Part shown: piece after piece, positions 41,901 to 49,291 of the stretch | Layout: every line of letters starts with the position of its first letter | Position numbering within the stretch: the stretch's first letter is position 1 | From: Promethearchaeota archaeon | GTDB taxonomy: Archaea; Asgardarchaeota; Lokiarchaeia; Sigyniarchaeales; SOKP01 | Reading direction: 5' to 3' | Assembly (NCBI GenBank): GCA_048940445.1 | Contig: JBHLON010000024.1 | Location: 1 to 56,161, forward strand | DNA: 56,161 bases | Notes under the pieces: model-generated | Told to the model about the DNA's origin: nothing | What the model saw: the letters and a program-made list of their open reading frames with translations, nothing else | Database searches by the model: none | Program-made: the position numbers and the translations under genes

Positions 41901-42431
41901 CAATAGATGGTCAGGATTTCCGGAACTTGCATCCCAACCATAGTCTTTTGCTTCTAAGTATCCATATGCATAATATGCATTTGCCCAAGCCGAACAGGAG
42001 CCTTGCATACCTTGATCACCTACTGCTGGAAAGTAGATCTCTGTAGAAAGATCTGCCGTAGCCCGGTACTTCTGATCATCCTTAGGGATAACATCTAAGA
42101 GCGACACTTTACCAACTAGTGATTTTAAATCCTCAGGATTTACTGTATATCCAGTTCCGTGCCCATCAATAATAACATTCGACTCAGACCTAGGAGTTAA
42201 TGTTTGAGTATTGATGCCTTGTGTCATCTCTTCTACATCATCAACGGTGATAGACTTCGCCCTATAATCTCTCCCATTAAAAGAATATATAAAAGAATTA
42301 TCAGAATCATTAATAGAATCATTATAACTACTAAAATCTAGAAAATTGAAAAGTACAGGGAAAATTAAACCTGTTAAAATACAGCAGCTCAAAAATAAAG
42401 TATTCACTTTATACTGTTTTAACTTTTTCAT
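38970..42431 (-). CDS. secreted papain-family (C1A) cysteine protease, tandem paralog, with Loki-CTERM
   Basis: DQGMQGSCSAWA, NHAQCIVGYDD, VNSWG; same stalk; IPGYNLLLILA...KKK tail. Confidence 0.92.
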   Translation of the reverse strand: MKKLKQYKVNTLFLSCCILTGLIFPVLFNFLDFSSYNDSINDSDNSFIYSFNGRDYRAKSITVDDVEEMTQGINTQTLTPRSESNVIIDGHGTGYTVNPEDLKSLVGKVSLLDVIPKDDQKYRATADLSTEIYFPAVGDQGMQGSCSAWANAYYAYGYLEAKDYGWDASSGNPDHLLSPAWAYNIVAAYDYGSIPYEVAQVLLDWGVPTLSAMPYDDSDVNSWGNETAWREAPYHRPLDYTLITYSGSTTIDLMKSIISSGTPVTIGIDANQFSNGLNQGTGDFILSSDEYDSTSLNHAQCIVGYDDAITEGSDVGAFRVVNSWGDSWMDSGYYWLTYDAFAEFGGISGQVIMYITDRIDYNPNIIATWEFSSAPTRMDDIITLGVGPHNAPLNYTIPLYDYDVNNLFPDFMALDISDFYSYYTIDNDVFFFLEIGPSDTTGIISSFKLERYLGGVLQEVSKESPDVPQSTPGYVNGTFKIFLHELRVTLEVPTDPMISYFYQIEATVINNGGSNETSVYFELLLNSFVVDSIIVPSLLTGTNATIIYSWTPFEYDLYNFTAQTPPISGEVFTSNNVVTELIPILGPIFYDDFESGLSKWTSISGMWHLTGEASQWPNPYHSPTHSMWFGNETTGTFDTGFRERGNMTSIPIDLTNVDIAFLEFYHWREGEGGSWDISSVYISINGINWDLIYQSSDYYIAPWEKVSIDISAYAGNPSVQIMFDFDTLDSIANNYRGWLIDDVSVKGTGVQIPHDLRVSLEVPENLELFKTYTVNATVTNIGTSGESDVELFLDLNGVHVYSSYFPSFPIHSSLGFSYLWTPTTYGEYNFTAYAPPVSGEEFTSDNLVTKLLHIHETILFNGMFLDYSFEIFGATYSWDCLYSELSDRIFHNDYSIYQGGLLADAGYWDVDSQTRLTSDSAGSFSFGSGTHTPIWVFVDMALGDLIPIAVDAEGDHLFNVTGEFLYDLPGFSLVDVWILEDLTMPGGIAWYEKSTGILLNGNFFYAGGMGNYTFDLVDTNAELNILEPPDPFNLSSNAGNPDNDGIFDLTWTVSYSATNYSVYRSSSFITGIDGSLTLLADEITDLTLALSGYGDGTYYFIVVAHNDYGDTLSNCISVTVVLQGIPGYNLLLILATLGIAITLTIKKKYKIKY

Positions 42432-43008
42432 ACTATTTTCGCCTAATTGTTTTAGATAAACCCAATTTATTATTGAGTGTATAAAATTATGAAAGATCTT
42501 ATATATATAATTTACTGTTTAAAAGTTAGTAATTTCAAAGTATACAAGATATTAAATTTTGCATGTATTTAACTGGATTCATACCAACATACATAATATA
42601 TTGTTATATTATTACGAATTATGCGGTTCTTCCACACCCTCTTAAATAATGTGTTAATATTGTCTTCCAATATGAATACAAAATATGCAATTTATTTTCC
42701 CATTAATATCCTCTATCTTTTTTAAGAAAACATTTATAGAAGTTCTTTTAAAATTAAAATTGTAATACTGAAATAGTACAACATTTATTTTGAATTAAAG
42801 AAAAAGAGTTACAAAATTATTTTTTTTTCTCTTATGGTTTACTATTATCATTGAAATAATACTACTTATCATAATTAAAATAAATTTTCTTTAAAATATA
42901 TTCTTAATATAAGAATATGGAATAATCAAGTATTTAATCGTTAAGATTTTCTTAAATATTATAATATTTGTTTAGTAATCTGAAATACCTCGTCAATTTT
43001 AATAGATA

Positions 43009-43476
43009 ATGTTAAATCAAAATGATTTGTCTGGTTATAATAAGAGAAGATATCCTATACGTCCACATGTAGGAGTAGGAATCTTACTTATTCGTGATAA
43101 TAAACTTTTGCTTGTAAAAAGAAAGTATGATCCAGATGCGGGATATTGGTCTATACCAGGAGGTCATTTAGATCTGGGTGAACGGGTTGAAGAAGCAGCT
43201 GAACGGGAGGCTTTCGAAGAGACAGGATTTAAAGTTAAAGTTTCAAAATTAGCAGGAGTAATAAATAAAATTATGCATGATGATAAAGGAGAGATCGAAT
43301 ATCATTATGTTTTGATTAATTATTTCGTAGAACAAATTGAAGGAAAAACCGATCAAAAACCAACAGCTCAGGATGACGCTTTAGAAGCTAAATTTGTATC
43401 TTTTGAAGAATTGAAAGAATATAAGCTAACTTTATCACTTATTGAGTTATTGAAAGATCTTCAAATTGGATTTTAA
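43009..43476 (+). CDS. NUDIX hydrolase (ADP-ribose pyrophosphatase-like)
   Basis: Nudix box GGHLDLGERVEEAAEREAFEETG; YP.RP.VGVG. Confidence 0.93.
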   Translation: MLNQNDLSGYNKRRYPIRPHVGVGILLIRDNKLLLVKRKYDPDAGYWSIPGGHLDLGERVEEAAEREAFEETGFKVKVSKLAGVINKIMHDDKGEIEYHYVLINYFVEQIEGKTDQKPTAQDDALEAKFVSFEELKEYKLTLSLIELLKDLQIGF

Positions 43477-43593
43477 TTGTTATTTAGTATTTATTTTGAT
43501 AAAAATGTAAAATTTTTTTACTTATTGAACTTATAATAAATCACCTCGAAATCTAAATAATTATAAGATCAATTAAGTAAAGGAGTAAATCGA

Positions 43594-43914
43594 ATGCCAT
43601 ATATAATCACAACTATTAAATATCCAAGCCATAAGCAACAAGATGTTGTAAAAATTTAGTTAAAAATAGCAAATAAATATCCAAATGATGATGCTATGGC
43701 AGTACAGTTATGTGCTCCAGTTAGCATAACTGAAGAAGGAATTGTAATAATCAGTATTTATGAAGTTAAAGAAGGTCAGCTTGAGAAAACTTATAAATAT
43801 TACTCTACATTCCTATATGAGTTCATAATGATTGAAGGATTTGAATTTTCAGTTAAGGTATGGATGACTTTTGATGAAGCATTAGGAGTTGGAAAGATTC
43901 AAAGACAAGATTAA
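43594..43914 (+). pseudogene. paralog of 7901-8227 interrupted by an in-frame TAG at 43657-43659
   Basis: AGGAG RBS, ATG 43594, MPYIITTIKYPSHKQQDVVKI*LKIANKYPNDDAMAVQ... continues in frame with the ORF-track 72-aa ORF; the TAG aligns to Tyr of KKYLE in the paralog. Confidence 0.8.
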
Positions 43915-44063
43915 TTCGTAATTTTAATTCTTTTTTTTATTATTTGAATTCTCTAACTTATAAGACATTAGAAAAAAGAATTTAATTCAGATATTATTAC
44001 TTTATTTAGATCACTTACTTGTATTAATAACATATTCTATTATAAACTTAGAGGCTATGCTTT

Positions 44064-45377
44064 TTGACAACATTAATGAAAAGTGCGCGTAATGGGAAAA
44101 TTACTCCTGAAATGCTAATGGTTGCTAATAAGGAACAATTAGATGCAGAGATTATCCGAAAGGGAATAGCTAAAGGAAAAATTATCATCCCTAAATCAAG
44201 CAAGCGAGATACAGAACCTATAGGTATTGGGGAAGGTTTATTAGTAAAAATTAATGCTAATATTGGTTCCAGTAAGAAGGTTTGTAATATACAAAACGAA
44301 TTGGAAAAAGCCAAAATAGCAGTTAAATATGGGGCCGATACAGTGATGGATCTTAGTACAGGAGTAACTGAAAATGATGTCAAACAGATTAGAGAAAAAA
44401 TCTTGAATGAAGTCAAGGTTCCCATTGGTACTGTTCCCATATATCAATCAGCTTTGCGTGCTCTTGAAAAGAGGGGAGCTATTATTAACTTTGATGAAGA
44501 TGATTTGTTTAATGTCGTTGAAGAACAAGCTAAAGAAGGAGTAGACTTTTTTACTATTCATGTTGGTGTTACAAAAAGTATTGTCAATTATTTAAAAGAA
44601 CATCCAAGAACCATGGGTGTAGTTTCTCGAGGTGGTACCTTTTTAGCGGCTTGGATACTCGAAAATGATTTAGAAAATCCATTTAATAAAAATTATGATT
44701 ATTTACTTGAATTAGCTGAAAAATTTGATTTTACTCTATCACTTGGAGATGGAATGCGCCCTGGTTGCATTTTTGATTCAACAGATTATGCCCAAATGCA
44801 AGAGTTAATGGAAATATCGAAGTTAGTTAAACGAGCATGGGATAAAAATATACAGGTTATGGTTGAGGGACCAGGACATATTCCAGCAAATGAAATTGAA
44901 AGAAATATAAAAATAATGAAATCTGTTTGTAACGGCGCTCCATTTTATGTACTTGGACCACTAGTAACTGATATCGCACCGGGATATGATCATCTAGTCA
45001 GTGCGATAGGAGGTGTTCTTGCTGGCCTCGCAGGAGCAGATTATCTTTGCTATGTCACCCCTTCAGAACACTTAGCTCTACCAGATAAAGAAGAAGTGAA
45101 ACAAGGAGTGATTGCATCTAAAATTGCGGCTCATGCTGTAAACATAGCAAGATATGGTAAAAAAGCTTCAAAGTGGGATTTTAAAATGGATACAGCCAGA
45201 AAAGATTTAAATTGGGAAGAAATGATAAAACAATCAATTGATCCAGACTTATCCAAAGAGAAGCATTACAGAAATGGTAATAATAATGACGATGTATGCA
45301 GTATGTGCGGTGAATTCTGCGCTATTAAAATATTAAGAGAAGCATTAGAAAAGAAAGCTTCTAAAAACTTATTATAA
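44064..45377 (+). CDS. thiC: phosphomethylpyrimidine synthase ThiC
   Basis: KINANIGSS, GADTVMDLST, GTVPIYQ, SRGG, EGPGH, LGPLVTDIAPGYDH, CSMCGEFC Fe-S motif. Confidence 0.95.
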   Translation: MTTLMKSARNGKITPEMLMVANKEQLDAEIIRKGIAKGKIIIPKSSKRDTEPIGIGEGLLVKINANIGSSKKVCNIQNELEKAKIAVKYGADTVMDLSTGVTENDVKQIREKILNEVKVPIGTVPIYQSALRALEKRGAIINFDEDDLFNVVEEQAKEGVDFFTIHVGVTKSIVNYLKEHPRTMGVVSRGGTFLAAWILENDLENPFNKNYDYLLELAEKFDFTLSLGDGMRPGCIFDSTDYAQMQELMEISKLVKRAWDKNIQVMVEGPGHIPANEIERNIKIMKSVCNGAPFYVLGPLVTDIAPGYDHLVSAIGGVLAGLAGADYLCYVTPSEHLALPDKEEVKQGVIASKIAAHAVNIARYGKKASKWDFKMDTARKDLNWEEMIKQSIDPDLSKEKHYRNGNNNDDVCSMCGEFCAIKILREALEKKASKNLL

Positions 45378-45477
45378 ATCAAATTTATAATTAAATTTGA
45401 AAAATTTTACTGTTCGACTAAATTATTTATAAAATCTCACTAGTTATAAATAAATTGAATGGAAGATATTATATTTT

Positions 45478-46872
45478 CTAATCTATACATTCAATTATTT
45501 TTTCTAGACTTCTAATAATATCTGCAGAATTTTTACCAAACAACCTCAACATAGGTTCTTTTCCAATTTCACCTTTATCCCATATTATATCAGGAATTTT
45601 TCCTACTCTGCTAAAGATATCCTTTATTAACCAATGCATTGTAGAAAATTCTTCTCCTTTAATAGCTTCCGGTTGTCGCTCTCGATGGATTTCATACATT
45701 TGAAGTTTAGTGCTTTCTTTAATTGCTTTTATCCAATTTGGATCATATTTTAAATTAATTACAAAATTGATAGAATTATCAAATTGTTTTGCAGAAAGAA
45801 GTAATCTAGCAGTGTGATCAGAGGCACCAAATTTAATTTCTCCACAAGCGTGGGGATAATCGTTAATAATTGTTATTCTCCCTTCAATCCCAGCAACATC
45901 TTCTTTCTTTGTAGCATTAGGGAGTGAACCTGAAATATTTGTTCTAACTTCGGGAATAACCTTACTAAATTTTTTATTTTTTGAGACAAAGTTATAAATT
46001 TCTTTTATTTGGTTTATAACATGTATCTTCTCTTTAGACAATGTTAAGTTAAGAACTTTACCTTGATCAGGTAACACTATAAAATTTTGTAAGTTTTCAT
46101 CAAAGAATTGTTCAGCTGAAGCTATAGCTTCATTAACATTATAACCTTTACTTAAAAAGCTAGCAATAGCAGAAGAAAAGACACATCCTGAACCATGAAT
46201 ATTACCATGAAAGTGGATCCTTAATTTTTCATAGAAATTAAACTCTACATTAAATTTACCCTTAGTTTCTTTATTAATTATAGCCAAGTCTCCTATCTTT
46301 TCAGTGTCTAAATCAAAACTTTTAATGACTACCGCTTTTTCTTTATCAAGTCTTAAAGGATCGCTAAAAAGCATTTCTAGTAATATATTACCTATTTTCT
46401 TGTATTGGTTTAAATTATATATCTCATAATTTATTTTTGAATAGGATAACGCTTCAGAGAGATTTGGTGTAATAACCATTACATTCTTAAATAATCTTTT
46501 TTCAATTTCTAATTCAAGACCATTAATCGAAAGTCTTTTTCCAGCACTTGAAATTGAAACAGGGTCATACACAACAAAAAGATCGTATTTTTTTATGTAT
46601 TCGATGATAATATCAAGTGCTTTTAAATCTGGGATCATGCCAATTTTTACGAATTTTACTGGATATTCAGAAAAAATTGCATCTAATTGAGTCCTTAAAT
46701 CGTCCGAAAGGGATTTGTAGCCAAAAAATTTTGTAGCCGTTTGAAATGTTATAGCAGTAATAACAGAAAATGGATGAACTCCACATCTGTCGAATGTTCG
46801 AATATCCGCTTGAATTCCCGCTCCTGATGTAGGATCAGCACCAGCAATTGTTAAACAATAATTTTTCATCAT
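45478..46872 (-). CDS. thiDN: bifunctional hydroxymethylpyrimidine(-phosphate) kinase / thiamine-phosphate synthase
   Basis: LTIAGADPTSGAGIQADI, VKIGMI, TPNL.EA, HGSGC (ThiD); IPEVRTNI, GI.GRI, FGASDH.AR, GKEPM (ThiN). Confidence 0.92.
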   Translation of the reverse strand: MMKNYCLTIAGADPTSGAGIQADIRTFDRCGVHPFSVITAITFQTATKFFGYKSLSDDLRTQLDAIFSEYPVKFVKIGMIPDLKALDIIIEYIKKYDLFVVYDPVSISSAGKRLSINGLELEIEKRLFKNVMVITPNLSEALSYSKINYEIYNLNQYKKIGNILLEMLFSDPLRLDKEKAVVIKSFDLDTEKIGDLAIINKETKGKFNVEFNFYEKLRIHFHGNIHGSGCVFSSAIASFLSKGYNVNEAIASAEQFFDENLQNFIVLPDQGKVLNLTLSKEKIHVINQIKEIYNFVSKNKKFSKVIPEVRTNISGSLPNATKKEDVAGIEGRITIINDYPHACGEIKFGASDHTARLLLSAKQFDNSINFVINLKYDPNWIKAIKESTKLQMYEIHRERQPEAIKGEEFSTMHWLIKDIFSRVGKIPDIIWDKGEIGKEPMLRLFGKNSADIIRSLEKIIECID

Positions 46873-46895
46873 CTAAGTATTATAAAATCAGAGGC

Positions 46896-47471
46896 TTAAT
46901 TAATTCTATCGTAAGCCCACTTTGCTTTATCAGTTAATCCAAGCGCTTCGTATGACTTTCCAAGGTAAAGAAAACCATCTGGATAGTCAAATTTCTCCTT
47001 GACTAATTTAAACAAATAATTGATTGCTAAATCATATCGTCCCTTTAAATAATTTATTTTCCCTTTAAGAAAAAGAATTTTTCTTTCTCGCTCTGTAGAA
47101 ATGTTTTCTTCATCATACATCTCTAATCTGGCTAACGCATAATCATATTCTTTTTCTTTAATTAATAATTCAACTGATTCAATGAATTTCATCAAGGCAA
47201 CCGTGTCAGTAACTCTTTCAATTTTTTTTACCTTCTCTTTTTCAATTTCTTCCTCAATCGCTTTCTTTTTTTCTAATTCCTTCTTTTCTATATAATCCTT
47301 AAAGTATTCGATTAATTCTTGAGGGTATGGTTCATTACAAAGAGGGCAGTTAGAAGCATGAGTTAACCATTCTTTCAGGCAATCCTCATGGGTGGGATGC
47401 CCATTTGGGCATTCTTGAAAATTATCTTCTTTTATATTTATTCCTAGATGACAAATTATGCAGTTAGCCAT
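46896..47471 (-). CDS. RING-H2 finger + coiled coil + TPR protein (putative E3 ubiquitin ligase)
   Basis: C-x2-C...C-x3-H-x2-H-x2-C..EW....CPLC; C-terminal TPRs (FLKGKINYLKGRYDLA, FLYLGKSYEALG). Confidence 0.87.
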   Translation of the reverse strand: MANCIICHLGINIKEDNFQECPNGHPTHEDCLKEWLTHASNCPLCNEPYPQELIEYFKDYIEKKELEKKKAIEEEIEKEKVKKIERVTDTVALMKFIESVELLIKEKEYDYALARLEMYDEENISTERERKILFLKGKINYLKGRYDLAINYLFKLVKEKFDYPDGFLYLGKSYEALGLTDKAKWAYDRIN

Positions 47472-47596
47472 TTAAATCTGAAAACGCTTTAATAAAATAT
47501 AAAATTACTACTTTTAAGTTTATGTTCTTTTGCATTATTAAAACTTTTTACAAATTCTATTAAATTAATTCAATTACTATCAGTTAAGAGATTACT

Positions 47597-49165
47597 ATGG
47601 CAGTAAATATCGATCCTCTCTTTAAAAAGTTATTCACAAAATTCTTGGAAATTGATGATGATATTGAGGCTGTTATTGTTTCTGATCAAGAAGGATTTGT
47701 AATTGCAGGTGAGAAGAGGATTACAGTTGATATGGAATTAGTATCAGTGTTGACAGCACTTATAAATCCGATTCTTGAACGGATTAGAAATGAATTTGCA
47801 TTTAAAAAATTCGGAAGTTCTAGTTTTGATACAGAGAAGTATCGTTTATTATTTATTTCAATAGATGAGACTATCACTTTAACGATTGTTATTAATACTT
47901 TAGGATCAATCGATAAAATTTCTCCTTATGCTTTTTTCCTTGCAGAAAAAACAGCTCAAATATTAACAGCAAAAGAAGGTGACTCCATTCAATTAACTAT
48001 ACCAAATTTTGAAGTTGGAGAAAACCTTTCTGAAGATTTGGGAAGGATAAGAGAACAAGTTTATCAGATGCGATTAGATTCAGGTGGAAAATATAAGTTC
48101 AAATGTGTACTTATTGGTGATCATGAGGTAGGAAAAACTTCAATAATACGGCAATTTGTGGAACAAAAGTTTTCCGATAGTTATCGTTCTACGATAGGAA
48201 TTGATGTAATGTCTCATTCCATTGAACTATATGACAATCAAATAATATTTATTCTATATGATATCGGAGCTCAGGAATTTTTTAAAAGGCTGCGAAAAAC
48301 TTACTATTCGGGCACTCAAGCAACCTTTATTGTATTCGATGTCACGAATAAAAACACATTTTTAAATGTTAAAACTTGGTATAACGAAGTTAAAACATAT
48401 TTAAAAGCAAAGCAAATCCCTATTGTGATAGTAGGAAATAAAGTTGATTTGGAAGAAGAAAGAGTTGTTCTCTATGAAGAAGGTGTGAGATTGGCTAATG
48501 AATTAAGTGGAAGCCATTATGAAGGAGGGATATCATATATAGAGACCAGTGCTTTGACAGGTGAAAATATAGCTGATGCTTTTAGTTTAATTGCTTATCA
48601 CTATATTATGAGAGCTAAAGATCTAGAAGAACAACGTTTAAGAGTGGATTTAATGGAAACTATTAATAATATTTTAACTAAAAATAATAAACTAGTGATT
48701 TCATTTATAAATAAAAATCCTTTTTGGAGTCCCGGGTTACAAATTTTAACAGAAATTAACAAGTTATGTGATTGCGAAAGAATAGATGATAATAAAGAGA
48801 AGAGAATCTATGAATTCTCAAATGGTTTAGTAATAAAGAATTTTCTTTTTGACGATTTTGAGGTTTATGATTCTGATGGTATCTTTATCATTTTTGATGC
48901 CAGGGATAAAAAAAGTATTGATCCTAAATGGAAAGATATTCTTGTAGAAATTATATCTAACATTAAAGAAAATAAGGTTATTTTGATAGGCATAAGGGTC
49001 TCAGAAGAAACCAATTGGTCCCAGATAATGGAACAATTCAATCTCAATAAGTATTTAGAAAAAAAGATGATTTCCTTGCTCTTTTTTAAGATTGGAATTG
49101 AATATCGACTTGAAATTTATGATCAACTTCAGGTAATGCTCAACACCATCAAAGATTTAAATTAG
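47597..49165 (+). CDS. roadblock + Rab-like small GTPase + degenerate GTPase-like domain, copy 1
   Basis: N-term IEAVIVSD.EG..IAG roadblock; GDHEVGKTS, STIG, DIGAQ, GNKVD, ETSA; C-term SDGIFIIFD...W...KVILIG. Confidence 0.88.
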   Translation: MAVNIDPLFKKLFTKFLEIDDDIEAVIVSDQEGFVIAGEKRITVDMELVSVLTALINPILERIRNEFAFKKFGSSSFDTEKYRLLFISIDETITLTIVINTLGSIDKISPYAFFLAEKTAQILTAKEGDSIQLTIPNFEVGENLSEDLGRIREQVYQMRLDSGGKYKFKCVLIGDHEVGKTSIIRQFVEQKFSDSYRSTIGIDVMSHSIELYDNQIIFILYDIGAQEFFKRLRKTYYSGTQATFIVFDVTNKNTFLNVKTWYNEVKTYLKAKQIPIVIVGNKVDLEEERVVLYEEGVRLANELSGSHYEGGISYIETSALTGENIADAFSLIAYHYIMRAKDLEEQRLRVDLMETINNILTKNNKLVISFINKNPFWSPGLQILTEINKLCDCERIDDNKEKRIYEFSNGLVIKNFLFDDFEVYDSDGIFIIFDARDKKSIDPKWKDILVEIISNIKENKVILIGIRVSEETNWSQIMEQFNLNKYLEKKMISLLFFKIGIEYRLEIYDQLQVMLNTIKDLN

Positions 49166-49291
49166 AATCCTTTTTAATTCCTTTCTTTCCTTTTTTTATT
49201 TTTTATAAATAACTATTTTTAAAAATAAGAGTTGTTATATTATTTGTAAGAATATTCTAAGAATTTAATCTTTTATATAAAGGCGTTCTAA

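Noticed and set aside
42432-43008. Long AT-rich intergenic region as replication origin or ncRNA
   Set aside because: Divergent promoter region; no ORB-like repeats, no cdc6/orc1 neighbour and no stable structure seen
43915-44063. TPP riboswitch upstream of thiC
   Set aside because: The region is extremely AT-rich and lacks the conserved CUGAGA and pairing elements
3034-48865. Short ORFs nested in or antisense to long genes (e.g. 3034, 6920, 7276, 10099, 10666, 15003, 15446, 15534, 21063, 22412, 24491, 26239, 29521, 34489, 35352, 35393, 37700, 38007, 41852, 44048, 44241, 47686, 48865)
   Set aside because: Shadow ORFs of well-supported genes, with no motifs or independent RBS evidence
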